From: Acidimicrobiales bacterium
Lineage (GTDB): Bacteria > Actinomycetota > Acidimicrobiia > Acidimicrobiales > VFJN01
Length of the DNA: 64,000 nt
NCBI GenBank assembly: GCA_035316325.1
Contig: DATHJB010000058.1
Coordinates: forward strand, 10,578-74,577
Reading direction: 5' to 3'
Shown here: positions 45,577 to 55,882 of the stretch, piece by piece
How positions within the stretch are numbered: the stretch's first letter is position 1
Layout: each line of letters begins with the position of its first letter
Notes under the pieces: generated by a model
What the model was told of the DNA's origin: nothing
What the model saw: the letters and a program-made list of their open reading frames with translations, nothing else
Databases searched by the model: none
Position numbers and translations under genes: made by a program

Positions 45577-46557
45577 TCAACGCAGCGACTCGGCGACCGA
45601 GCGGGCGGCGTACGTCAGGATCATGTCGGCGCCGGCCCGCTTGATCGCCAGCAGGTGCTCCCGCATCACGGCCGGGCCGTCGATCCAACCCCGCTCGGCG
45701 GCAGCGTGGACCATGGCGTACTCGCCGGACACGTGGTACGCCGCCAGCGGGGCGTCCAGCTCGGCCCGGGCCCGGGCGATCACGTCGAGGTAGGCGAGCG
45801 CCGGCTTCACCATGAGGATGTCGGCGCCCTCCACGTAGTCGGCCCGCAGCTCCTCCATCGCCTCGCGCACGTTGCGCGGGTCCTGCTGGTAGGCCTTGCG
45901 GTCGCCGCCGCCCACGATGGTGACGTCGACGGCGTCGCGGAACGGCCCGTAGAGGGCCGAGGCGTACTTGGCGGCGTAGGCGAGGATCGGCAGCGGCTCG
46001 AACCCCGCGTCGTCGAGCGCCTCGCGGATGGCCATGACCTGGCCGTCCATCATCCCCGAGGGAGCGACGATGTCGGCCCCCGCCTCGGCCTGGGCGACCG
46101 CGACCTGGGCGTACAGGTCCAGCGTGGCGTCGTTGTCGACCTCGCCCGACTCCGTCAGCACGCCGCAGTGGCCGTGGTCGGTGTACTCGTCGAGGCACAG
46201 GTCGGCGATCAGCACCATGTCGTCGCCGAGGTCGCTGCGCAGGTCGGACAGCGCCAGCTGGACGATGCCCTCCGGGTCCCAGGCGCCGGAGCCCTCGGCG
46301 TCCTTGTGCGCCGGCACCCCGAACAGCACGACCCCGGGGATGCCCAGGGCGGCCAGCTCGTTGACCTCCTTGCGGAGGGACTCGCGGGTGTGCTGCACGA
46401 CCCCCGGCAGCGACGCGATGGGCTGCGGGACGTCGATGCCCTCGCGCACGAACAGCGGGGCGATCAGGTCGTCGGCGGAGAGCGAGGTCTCGGCCACCAG
46501 GCGACGCAGAGAAGGGGTCCGGCGGAGACGGCGCAGACGCCGCTGCGGGAAGCTCAC
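45577..46557 (-). CDS. hemB: Porphobilinogen synthase (delta-aminolevulinate dehydratase)
   Basis: 326-aa ORF with a GTG start. It begins RRLRRLRRTPSLRRLV and carries the active-site region VAPSGMMDGQV, plus ILMVKPALAYLD. Confidence 0.93.
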   Translation of the reverse strand: MSFPQRRLRRLRRTPSLRRLVAETSLSADDLIAPLFVREGIDVPQPIASLPGVVQHTRESLRKEVNELAALGIPGVVLFGVPAHKDAEGSGAWDPEGIVQLALSDLRSDLGDDMVLIADLCLDEYTDHGHCGVLTESGEVDNDATLDLYAQVAVAQAEAGADIVAPSGMMDGQVMAIREALDDAGFEPLPILAYAAKYASALYGPFRDAVDVTIVGGGDRKAYQQDPRNVREAMEELRADYVEGADILMVKPALAYLDVIARARAELDAPLAAYHVSGEYAMVHAAAERGWIDGPAVMREHLLAIKRAGADMILTYAARSVAESLR

Positions 46558-46662
46558 TCCCGGATGCTAACTGCCTCGGCGCAGCCGAGACCTCTCGGGG
46601 CGGCGGCGGGGTGGTTGGTATGGGACTACGCCCCGACGGCCACACGCCGGAAAAGCCCGACC

Positions 46663-46699
46663 GTCCCCGAAATCCGGAGCGGCGCCGGATTTCGGGGAC
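46663..46699 (-). terminator. Intrinsic terminator after the liv-like ABC operon
   Basis: A perfect 15-bp stem (GTCCCCGAAATCCGG / CCGGATTTCGGGGAC) has a 7-nt loop. It lies 13 nt after the binding-protein gene stop. On the transcribed strand it is followed by GGTCGGGCTTTTCC. Confidence 0.7.
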
Positions 46700-46711
46700 G
46701 GAGCATGGGGT

Positions 46712-48097
46712 TCAGCCGCCGGTGATGAGGTCCTCGGGGGTGAGGTCGGCGGTCTGGCCCTCGTAGTCGTAGTCCTGCACCACGGTGAAGTAGTTCGGGC
46801 CGTCGGGGCCCGCGAACTGGTACTGCACCAGGTCGAACCGCTCGCCCATGAAGGGGTCGTCCTCGCCGTCGGTGGTGACGCCGGTGCCCGGGGCCAGGAG
46901 CCCCACGTCGTCGCCCACGTCGAGGCTGCGGACCGACTCCATCACCGCCAGGCGGGTGGGGGCCTCGGCCTGCTGCAGGGCCTCGACGAACAGCGCGGCC
47001 TGCGTCCAGCCGTAGGCGACGATGCCGTTCTCGACGTCGGCGTCGGGCGTGAACTGGGCCACCTTCTCGCGGTACAGCTGCATCGCCTCGTCGTCGGCGA
47101 AGTCGGGGCTCAGCGGATCCTTGATGTTGCTGATGCTGTAGACGCCGGCGGCGTTCTCGCCGGCCAGGCCCATCAGCGTCTTCGAGATGCAGGTGCCGGA
47201 CACCCAGGTGATCTCCCGCTCCCAGCCGGCCTGCCCCGCCTTGGCGAGGGCGTCGGGGCAGGGGATGAGGGTGGCGCCGTTGAAGAACACGTCGGCGCCG
47301 GAGCCGGCCAGGCTGGTGATCTGGGCCGACACGTCGGCCGTGGCGCCCGCGGGGTAGGTCTCCACCTGCACCAGCTCGATGTCGGTGCCCTCGATGGCCT
47401 GCTCGAAGCTGTCGCGGTAGCCGGCGCCGAAGTCGTCGTTCTGGATGAGCATCGCCACCTTGGCGTCGGGCTTCTGGTCCTTCAGCAGCTCGGCGAACAC
47501 GTAGCTCTCCAGGCTGTAGGGCGGCAGCGTCGAGCCGATCAGCCACGGGTAGTCCGGGTTGCCCCAGGCCGGCGAGCCGGTGGCGGCGAACACGTCGGGC
47601 ACGCACTGGTCGCCCAGGTTGTCGCGGATGGCGATGTTGTTCGACGTGCCGACCACGCTGAACACGGAGAAGGCGTTCTCGGCGTCGGTGCCGACCAGCT
47701 CCTCGATGTTCGCGGCGGTCTTGGCGGCGTCGTACTCGTCGTCCTGGTCCTCCCACTCGAGCTGGAAGGTCTTGTCGCCGATCTCGACGCCACCCTCCTC
47801 GTTGATCATCTCGAAGTACGACTTCCAGCCGTTGGCGATCTGCGCGAACGCCGCGGTCACGCCGGACTGCGGGAAGCTCGACACCAGCTTGATGGTGTCG
47901 CCCTCGATCTCGGAGGTGGGGTCGACCAGGCAGTCGGCGGTGTCGATGCTGCTGGCGCCGCCACCGTCGCCGCTACCGTCGCCGCCGCTGTCGGTGCCGG
48001 CGTCATCGTCGTCGTCCCGTTGGCTGCACGCCGCCGCGAGCAGCAGCGGGACCAGGAGGACCGACACAAAGCGCACTGCACGGATTCTCTTCATCAA
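46712..48097 (-). CDS. ABC transporter substrate-binding lipoprotein (branched-chain amino acid/LivK-like family)
   Basis: 461-aa ORF. A signal peptide with a lipobox is present (LLLAAAC). The body looks like a type I periplasmic binding fold. It is the last gene of the liv-like operon. Confidence 0.8.
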   Translation of the reverse strand: MMKRIRAVRFVSVLLVPLLLAAACSQRDDDDDAGTDSGGDGSGDGGGASSIDTADCLVDPTSEIEGDTIKLVSSFPQSGVTAAFAQIANGWKSYFEMINEEGGVEIGDKTFQLEWEDQDDEYDAAKTAANIEELVGTDAENAFSVFSVVGTSNNIAIRDNLGDQCVPDVFAATGSPAWGNPDYPWLIGSTLPPYSLESYVFAELLKDQKPDAKVAMLIQNDDFGAGYRDSFEQAIEGTDIELVQVETYPAGATADVSAQITSLAGSGADVFFNGATLIPCPDALAKAGQAGWEREITWVSGTCISKTLMGLAGENAAGVYSISNIKDPLSPDFADDEAMQLYREKVAQFTPDADVENGIVAYGWTQAALFVEALQQAEAPTRLAVMESVRSLDVGDDVGLLAPGTGVTTDGEDDPFMGERFDLVQYQFAGPDGPNYFTVVQDYDYEGQTADLTPEDLITGG

Positions 48098-48103
48098 GCG
48101 CTC

Positions 48104-49180
48104 CTACGTAGGTTCTGGGGCTACCTCTACTGATGCCCGACGGCTGCCCACGCGGGCGAACAGGCGCCGGATCCCTCCCACCACACCGTCGGGCAGCACG
48201 TAGACGAGCAGGATCAGCGCGCCGCCGAAGATGGCCGGCGACAGCACCTCCTTGCCCTCTATGAGGTCCTCGGTGTTGCGGCGGAGCAGGACCACGATCA
48301 GGGCGCCCACCAGCGGGCCGAGGATCGTCGCGGTCCCTCCGATGACGAGCGCCACGAGGAACTCGATGGACAGCCGGAAGTAGAGCGCCGGGTTGGTGGC
48401 GTTCGCCGAGCCGTCGACCATCACCGACAGCGAGCCGGCGATGCCCGCGTAGGCCGCGCTGAGCCCGAACGCCCACAGCTTGGTGCCGGCCAGGTTGACG
48501 CCGACCGTCGCGGCGGCCAGCTCCTGCTCGCGGACAGCGACCATGGCCCGCCCCGGCCGTGCCCGGGTCAGGTTCCAGGCGACGAGGTAGAGGACGACGA
48601 CCACGGCGAGGCACACGTAGTACTTCCACTGGTCGTCCTCGAGCCCGTCGAGCAGCGACGAGAACTCGCGCCGACGGGGCTGGACCAGGGCGATGTTCCC
48701 CGAACCCTTCACGTACTTGGAGGCCACCTGCGGGAACAGCACCGCCAGGCCCAGGGTCACCAGCGCCAGGTAGAGCCCCCGCACCCGCAGCGCCGGGAAG
48801 CCCACGAGGACGCCGAACGTGGCGGTGAGCAGCGCGGCGATCGGGATCGTCGCCTCGAACGTCCAGCCGTGGTCGACCATCAGGATGGCGGTGGTGAACG
48901 CCCCGACGCCGAAGAAGGCGCCGTGGCCGATCGACACCTGGCCGGTGAACCCGGTGAGCAGGTTGAGGCCCATGGCGGCCACGGCCAGGTAGAGCGCCTG
49001 CGACAGCACCTTGTTGTCGACCGGCTGGAAGTACCAGGGCGCGTACAGCGCGGCGAACGCCAGCACGCCGCCGATCACCACCCGCGCCCAGAACACCGGG
49101 CGCGGCAGGGCCGCGTACAGGGGCACGCCGGAGTCGGGTGCGGTCGCCGGCTCGTCGGGGGCGTCGACGTCGGTTGCCAT
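48104..49180 (-). CDS. livM: Branched-chain amino acid ABC transporter permease (LivM-like)
   Basis: The internal ATG at 49180 overlaps the livH stop. The protein is polytopic (NLLTGFTGQVSIGHGAFFGVGAF). Confidence 0.85.
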   Translation of the reverse strand: MATDVDAPDEPATAPDSGVPLYAALPRPVFWARVVIGGVLAFAALYAPWYFQPVDNKVLSQALYLAVAAMGLNLLTGFTGQVSIGHGAFFGVGAFTTAILMVDHGWTFEATIPIAALLTATFGVLVGFPALRVRGLYLALVTLGLAVLFPQVASKYVKGSGNIALVQPRRREFSSLLDGLEDDQWKYYVCLAVVVVLYLVAWNLTRARPGRAMVAVREQELAAATVGVNLAGTKLWAFGLSAAYAGIAGSLSVMVDGSANATNPALYFRLSIEFLVALVIGGTATILGPLVGALIVVLLRRNTEDLIEGKEVLSPAIFGGALILLVYVLPDGVVGGIRRLFARVGSRRASVEVAPEPT

Positions 49181-50064
49181 CAGACCCGCTCCACCGTGCG
49201 ACTCCCGAACAGGCCGTTCGGGCGGACCAACAGGACCACCAGGATCAGCGCCAGCGGCAGCACCACCGGGATGCCGTCGAGCGCGTCGACGTACTCCACC
49301 GCCAGGGCGTCGGCGACGCCCACGACCAGGCCGCCGACCACCGCGCCGACGAGGCTGTCGAAGCCGCCCAACGCCGCGGCGGCGAAGGCGTACACCAGGA
49401 TGATCTGCATGAAGCTGGCGTCGAAGGCGGTGTCGGTGGAGGCGACCAGCGACCCGGCGACGGCACCGAGCGCGGCGGCCAGGCCCCAGCCGAGCATCAG
49501 CATCACGCCGGTGTTGATGCCGACGAGCCGGCTCGAGTCGGGGTTCGACGCCACCGCCCGCAGCCGCAGGCCCACCTTGGTCTTCTGCAGCAGCAGCCAC
49601 AGGAGCAGGCACTCACCGATCAGCACGGCGATCAGCCCCAGCGTCTCCTTCTGAATGTTCGTGTCGCCGATGTGGAACGAGTCCGTGGGGAAGACGTTGG
49701 GCACCTTCTGCGGGTCGGTGCCGAATGCCAGCAGCGCCAGCGAGTTGATGGCGAGGAACATGCCCAGCGTCACGATCACCACGTTCAGCGGGTTGTGGGC
49801 CGACTCCACGGGACGGATCAGGATGCGCTCGATCAGCGCTCCGGCTACGAAGGCGATGCCCGCGGACAGGGCGATGGCCGCAACGACGGGGATGTCGCCC
49901 TCGGTGAACTTCCAGGTGAGGTAGGTGGCGAACAGCGCCATCTCGCCCTGGGCGAAGTTGAGGATGCCGGTCGACTTGTAGATGAGCACGAGCGCCAGGG
50001 CCACGGAGGCGTACACCACGCCGTTGCCGATGCCGTTGAGGAGCTGGGAGATGAACAGCTGCAT
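49180..50064 (-). CDS. livH: Branched-chain amino acid ABC transporter permease (LivH-like)
   Basis: 294-aa ORF beginning MQLFISQLLNGIGNGVVYASVALALVLIYKSTGILNFAQGE. Confidence 0.88.
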   Translation of the reverse strand: MQLFISQLLNGIGNGVVYASVALALVLIYKSTGILNFAQGEMALFATYLTWKFTEGDIPVVAAIALSAGIAFVAGALIERILIRPVESAHNPLNVVIVTLGMFLAINSLALLAFGTDPQKVPNVFPTDSFHIGDTNIQKETLGLIAVLIGECLLLWLLLQKTKVGLRLRAVASNPDSSRLVGINTGVMLMLGWGLAAALGAVAGSLVASTDTAFDASFMQIILVYAFAAAALGGFDSLVGAVVGGLVVGVADALAVEYVDALDGIPVVLPLALILVVLLVRPNGLFGSRTVERV

Positions 50065-50776
50065 CAGAACCCCAGGTAGGCCTGGCGGACGGCCTCGTTC
50101 TCGCGGAGCTCGGCGGCCGACCCCTGCACCGCGATCCGCCCGGTCTCCAGCACGTAGCCCCAGTGCCCGATGTCGAGGGCGAGGTTGGCGTTCTGCTCGA
50201 CCACCACGACCGTCAGTCCCTCCTCGGTGTTGAGCTCGCCCAGCCGGGCGAACAGCTCACGGGTGACCAGCGGCGCCAGGCCCAGCGACGGCTCGTCGAG
50301 CAGCAGCAGGCGGGGTCGGGCCATCATCGCCCGGGCCAGGGCCAGCATCTGCTGCTCGCCACCGCTCATGCTGCCGGCGGTCTGCTTGCGGCGGTCGCGC
50401 AGTCGGGGGAACGCGTCGTACCAGCGGGCCAGGTCGGCCTCGATGCCGTTGTCGCGGCGGGCGGTGGCGCCGAGGCGCAGGTTGTCCTCGACGGTGAGGT
50501 CGGCGAACGTGCCGCGGCCCTGGGGGACGTGGGCGATGCCCATGCGGGCGATGGCCTGGGTGGGCTTGCCGACCAGCGACTGGCCGTCGAAGCGCAGCTC
50601 ACCGTGGGCCTTGACCATCCCGCAGATGGCCCGCAGCGTGGTGGTCTTGCCGGCGCCGTTGGCCCCGAGGATCACCACCACTTTGCCCTCCTCGACGGTG
50701 ACGTCGACACCGCGGAGAACCTGCACCTGCCCGTATCCGCCCTCGACGGCCCGCAGCTCCAGCAGGGGCCTCTCCG

Positions 50777-50780
<4 letters not shown>
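50064..50780 (-). CDS. livF: ABC transporter ATP-binding protein (LivF-like)
   Basis: 238-aa ORF with Walker A (GANGAGKTT), the signature SGGEQQ and Walker B (LLLLDEPS). Confidence 0.9.
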
Positions 50781-51538
<758 letters not shown>

Positions 51539-51611
51539 GGACTTCCCACCCGAGGAGTTGCGACAGTCAAGCACAGGGTGACTGCGGTCACGCTGATGCG
51601 TGTCGGGCCCG

Positions 51612-53111
51612 TCATACTGACTTAGGCGACGGCTCCGAGGCCATCCAGGCGAGGATCGCCTCGACGAGCCCGTCGATCGTGTGGACGGGTGCCTCGATGT
51701 CGACCCGCAGGCCGTGCTCACGGGCCGTGGCGGCGGTGATCGGCCCGATCGTCGCCACCACGGGGGGCACGGCGTCGGGGCCGGCGGCGTCGAGGAAGCG
51801 GGTGACGGTCGACGACGAGGTGAACGTCACCATGTCGGCCGACGCCAGCTCGGCGCGGCGCTCCTCGGGCAGTCCCGCCGCCACCGTGCGGTAGGCCTCC
51901 ACGATCTCCACCTCCCAGCCGCGCGCCGCCAGGCCCTTGGGCAGCACGTCACGGGCCTGCGCCGCTCGGGCCAGGAGGATGCGCCCCGGCCGGTCCGGCG
52001 GGGGGTCCGGGAACACGTCCACCAGCGACTCGGCCACGAACTGGGGCGGCACCAGGTCGACCAGCACGTTCCCGGCCGCCAGCGCCTCGGCGGTGCCCGG
52101 CCCGATGGCGGCGAGCCGGGAGCGCCCGAACGCCCGGGGGTCGAGCCCCAGCGTGCGCAGCGCCTCCAGCAGGGCCCGGGCCCCGTTGGGCGACGTCAGC
52201 ACCACCCAGTCGTAGCTGCCCAGCTCGGCGGCGGCGACCCGCAGCCCGGCGCCCCCGTCCTCGGCGTCCTGCACCGCGATGGCCGGCACCTCGACGGTCT
52301 CCGCGCCGAGCGCGGCCAGCTTGGCGACCAGCTCCGACGCCTGCTCCCGGGCCCGGGTCACCACGATCGTGCGGCCGAACAGCGGCCGCTTCTCGTACCA
52401 CGACAGGTCGTAGGCGGCGACCTCGCCGATCACGATCACCGACGGCGTGCCCAGCTTCTCGGTGCCGATCGTGCCCAGCGTCGCCCGCACGGTGCGCTGC
52501 TCGGGGCGGGTGCCCCACTGCACCGCGGCGACGGGCGTGTCGGGCGAGCGCCCGCCGGCCATCAGGGCGGTGGCGATGCGACCGATGCGCGCCACCCCCA
52601 TCAGCACCACGATCGTGCCGCCCACCTGGGCGACGGCCCGCCAGTCGACGGTCCCCTCCTCGCCGGAGCCGGGGTCCTCGTGGCCGGTGACGATGGTGAC
52701 GCTGGTCGACGAGTGCCGCATCGTGACGGGGATGCCGGCGTAGGCGGGGACGGCGATGGCCGACGTGATGCCGGGGATCACCTCGAAGGGGATGCCCGCA
52801 TCGAGGAGCGCGGCCGCCTCCTCGCCGCCGCGGGCGAACACGAACGGGTCGCCGCCCTTGAGCCGGACGACGGTGGCGCCGTCCTTGCCCCGCTCGACGA
52901 GCAGGGCGTTGATCTCCTCCTGGGTGCGGCGGGTGAGGCCGGGCGCCTTGCCCACGTCGATGCGCTCGGCGCCGAGCGGCGCCAGATCGAGTAGAGATTC
53001 CTGTGACAGACGGTCGTAGACGACCACGTCGGCCCGTTCGAGCACTTCGAGAGCACGCACGGTGAGCAGCCCTGGATCGCCAGGTCCGCCTCCGACGAGG
53101 AACACGGTCAC
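51612..53111 (-). CDS. Fused uroporphyrinogen-III C-methyltransferase / uroporphyrinogen-III synthase
   Basis: Begins at the GTG at 53111: VTVFLVGGGPGDPGLLTVRA. The SUMT core follows (LKGGDPFVFARGGEE, IPGITS). A HemD-like C-terminal half follows that (VVTRAREQASELV...VTFTSSSTV). Confidence 0.85.
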   Translation of the reverse strand: MTVFLVGGGPGDPGLLTVRALEVLERADVVVYDRLSQESLLDLAPLGAERIDVGKAPGLTRRTQEEINALLVERGKDGATVVRLKGGDPFVFARGGEEAAALLDAGIPFEVIPGITSAIAVPAYAGIPVTMRHSSTSVTIVTGHEDPGSGEEGTVDWRAVAQVGGTIVVLMGVARIGRIATALMAGGRSPDTPVAAVQWGTRPEQRTVRATLGTIGTEKLGTPSVIVIGEVAAYDLSWYEKRPLFGRTIVVTRAREQASELVAKLAALGAETVEVPAIAVQDAEDGGAGLRVAAAELGSYDWVVLTSPNGARALLEALRTLGLDPRAFGRSRLAAIGPGTAEALAAGNVLVDLVPPQFVAESLVDVFPDPPPDRPGRILLARAAQARDVLPKGLAARGWEVEIVEAYRTVAAGLPEERRAELASADMVTFTSSSTVTRFLDAAGPDAVPPVVATIGPITAATAREHGLRVDIEAPVHTIDGLVEAILAWMASEPSPKSV

Positions 53112-53166
53112 GGCTTGCGAGGATAGGGGTTGGCCCCCGGCACGCCGGGGTTCGCAGCTGGGGGAG

Positions 53167-54969
53167 ATGCGGTTGGGGAAGTGGAGGCTGTGTGCCGTGG
53201 CCGCGCTGGCGGTGACGATCGGCTCCGGGTCGACCCCGCCCGTGTCGTCGGGCCCGGAGCGACCGGTGGCGCACCGACGGACCGCGCCTCCAACCGACGT
53301 GACCCCAACCGACGTGGCCCCGGCGCCGCGGGTGCTGTTCGTGGGCGACTCCCTGGCGGCCCAGCTCGGCCACCACGCCACCGTGGCGCTGCACGAGGCG
53401 GGCGTCGAGGCCGACGTGGCGGCGGCCTGGGGCATGGGGCTGTTCACCCGGGAGCAGTACGACATGGGGACGCTGCAGCCGAACCCGTCCGACCAGTCGC
53501 TGCTGGGGCTGGCCGCCCACGCGGTCGCCGAGTTCGACCCCGACGTCGTCGCCGTCTACAGCAACCACAACTACTGGCCGCCGCACCCCCGATCAGCCCA
53601 GGGGACGCCCATCACCTGGGAGTCGCCCGAGTTCCCGGGGATGGTCCGCACCCTGCTGACCGAGCTGGTGCGGCGACTGTCGGTCGGCGGGGCGAAGGTG
53701 TACCTGATCGCCCCGATCCCGCTCTTCCCGCCCGACGACCAGCCCGAGGACACGTCGATCTGGGACGCCTACATGGCGGTGCGCGAGGAGCTGGGCGTCG
53801 AGGTGGTCACGCCGGGCGACTTCATGGCCCGCGCCGACGGCGAGCGGGTGGACGCGCTGCCGGACTGCACGGGGGCGCCCCGGCCGGTCCGACCCGGGAT
53901 CGACGTCCACCTCACCTACTTCGGCGCCGGGCTGCTGGGCAGCCGGGCGGCCACGGCGATCGCCGACCGACTGCCGTCGCTCACCCCGTCGACGGGCACA
54001 CGTCCCACCGGCCCCGGGGAGCCACCGGTGGCGCTGCTCCCCGACCACACGGGCTACCGCCTGGTGAGCTGCGACGGCGCCACGTTCCACTTCGGCCGCC
54101 ACACGACGCCCCTGGGCAGCGCCGCCGGGGGCCAGGGCCGCTCCGAGGGCGACCCGGTGGTGGCCGCCGCCGACGTGGACGACGGCGAGGCGGCGCTGCT
54201 GCTGACCCGGGCGGGCGCGGTGCTGCGTCTGGGCGACCCGGACGACCCGACGGCCCCCACGGTCGCCCGGGTCCCGCTGGCCGACGGCGAGGTCGCGGTC
54301 GGCATCGCCACCACCCCCGACGACGGCTTCTGGGTCGCCACCAGCGCCGGCCGGGTCCACCCCCTCGCCGACGCCCCGGCCCTCGGTGGTGTCGAGGACA
54401 GCGTGGTCGCCCTGGCGGCCGCGCCCGATGGCCGGGGGTACTACCTGCTGACCGCCGGCGGGCGGGTCGTCGGGTTCGGGGAGGCGCCGACGTTCGGCGA
54501 CCTCCCGGACGGCGCCGGCGAGCCCGTGGCGCTGGCGATCCACCCGTCCGGCGACGGCTACTGGGTGCTCGACCGGGCCGGCGGCGTCCACGCCTTCGGT
54601 GCCGCCCGGCCCCACGGCGAGGTGGCGGCCCTCCCGATGTGGCACCAGTCCCTCGACCGCGAGAAGGCCGGCCTGCCGCCCCTGCCGGTGCCGGCCGACC
54701 AGGTACCGCCGGTCGACGCCGTGGCGCTGCTGCCCACGCCGACGGGCCGGGGCTACTGGGTGGCGCTGGCGAGCGGCGCGGTGTGCCACTTCGGCGACGC
54801 GCCCACCCTGGGCGGCATCCACCGCGCCGAGGTCGACCCGCTGATGACCTTCGTCGGTGAGCCCTACTGGCCCGAGGGCCCCTGCACCAGCCCACCCCGC
54901 GACCGCTTGATGTCGCTCACCGCCCTCTTCACCGACGTCCGCAAGGTCCTCACCACCGGCGCCCGCTGA
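53167..54969 (+). CDS. Secreted SGNH/GDSL-like hydrolase domain fused to about six GYW-type beta-propeller-like repeats
   Basis: The ATG at 53167 gives a signal-like N-terminus (MRLGKWRLCAVAALAVTIG). The SGNH block I motif LFVGDSLA is present. The C-terminal half holds repeats such as DGRGYYLLTAGGRVVGFGEAPTFGDL, SGDGYWVLDRAGGVHAFGAARPHGEV and TGRGYWVALASGAVCHFGDAPTLGGI. The ORF track starts at 53062, which would overlap cobA/hemD. Confidence 0.75.
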   Translation: MRLGKWRLCAVAALAVTIGSGSTPPVSSGPERPVAHRRTAPPTDVTPTDVAPAPRVLFVGDSLAAQLGHHATVALHEAGVEADVAAAWGMGLFTREQYDMGTLQPNPSDQSLLGLAAHAVAEFDPDVVAVYSNHNYWPPHPRSAQGTPITWESPEFPGMVRTLLTELVRRLSVGGAKVYLIAPIPLFPPDDQPEDTSIWDAYMAVREELGVEVVTPGDFMARADGERVDALPDCTGAPRPVRPGIDVHLTYFGAGLLGSRAATAIADRLPSLTPSTGTRPTGPGEPPVALLPDHTGYRLVSCDGATFHFGRHTTPLGSAAGGQGRSEGDPVVAAADVDDGEAALLLTRAGAVLRLGDPDDPTAPTVARVPLADGEVAVGIATTPDDGFWVATSAGRVHPLADAPALGGVEDSVVALAAAPDGRGYYLLTAGGRVVGFGEAPTFGDLPDGAGEPVALAIHPSGDGYWVLDRAGGVHAFGAARPHGEVAALPMWHQSLDREKAGLPPLPVPADQVPPVDAVALLPTPTGRGYWVALASGAVCHFGDAPTLGGIHRAEVDPLMTFVGEPYWPEGPCTSPPRDRLMSLTALFTDVRKVLTTGAR

Positions 54970-54973
54970 CGTT

Positions 54974-55882
54974 CTAGCTGGCCGACTCCAGCAGCACTGC
55001 GCCGCCCTTGTCGTGGAGGAGGAGGTTGGCGAGGGAACGGCCCAGGGCGGCGCCGGCCGAGGCGGGGCCGGTCATCTCCTCCCGCAGCAGGGTGCGGCCG
55101 TCGACCGTCGAGATCATCCCCTCCACCTTGAGGCCGTCGCCGGCGATCGTGGCGTGGGCGGCGGCCGGCAGCGAGCAGTCGCCGCCCAGCTCGGAGAGGA
55201 ACCCCCGCTCGGCGTCGACGCAGTGCCGGGTGGCCCAGTGCTCGATGCGCTCCACCACCGGCCGTATGTCGTAATCGTTGCGCCGGCACTCCACCGCGAT
55301 CGCGGCCTGCCCGACCTGGGGCAGCATCACCTCGGGCTCCAACCGCTCGGCGATCTTGTCGGCCAGCCCCAGCCGGTCGAGCCCGGCGCAGGCGAGCACG
55401 ATGGCGTCGAAGTCGCCGGCCTTCTCGACGCGGGTCGGGACGTTGCCGCGCAGGGTCTCGAAGCGCAGGTCGGGCCGGACGTGGGCCAGCTGGGCCCGGC
55501 GCCGCAACGAGCCGGTGGCCACCACGCCGCCGGCGGGCAGGTCGGCCAGCGTGGAGCCGACCATGCAGTCGCGCGGGTCCCAGCGAGGCGGCACGGCCGC
55601 CAGCACCAGGCCCTCGGGCGTGGTGGTGGGCAGGTCCTTGGCGGAGTGGACGGTGATGTCGGCGCGTTCCTCGAGCACGGCCAGCTGGATCTCCTTGGCG
55701 AAGACCCCCTTGCCTCCCATCTGCTCGATCGGCGTCTGGGGGTTGCGGTCCGCATGGGTCTCGACGATGACCAGCTCGACAGCCAGAGACGGCTCGACCG
55801 CCTGCAACATCCCGACGACATGCTCGGCCTGCCACAAAGCCAGGGCAGAACCACGGGTCGCAACCCGGAGCGTTTGGGGCAC
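54974..55882 (-). CDS. hemC: Hydroxymethylbilane synthase (porphobilinogen deaminase)
   Basis: 302-aa ORF with the motifs RVATRGSALALWQAEHV, GKGVFAKEIQ and GGDCSLP. Confidence 0.93.
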   Translation of the reverse strand: MPQTLRVATRGSALALWQAEHVVGMLQAVEPSLAVELVIVETHADRNPQTPIEQMGGKGVFAKEIQLAVLEERADITVHSAKDLPTTTPEGLVLAAVPPRWDPRDCMVGSTLADLPAGGVVATGSLRRRAQLAHVRPDLRFETLRGNVPTRVEKAGDFDAIVLACAGLDRLGLADKIAERLEPEVMLPQVGQAAIAVECRRNDYDIRPVVERIEHWATRHCVDAERGFLSELGGDCSLPAAAHATIAGDGLKVEGMISTVDGRTLLREEMTGPASAGAALGRSLANLLLHDKGGAVLLESAS

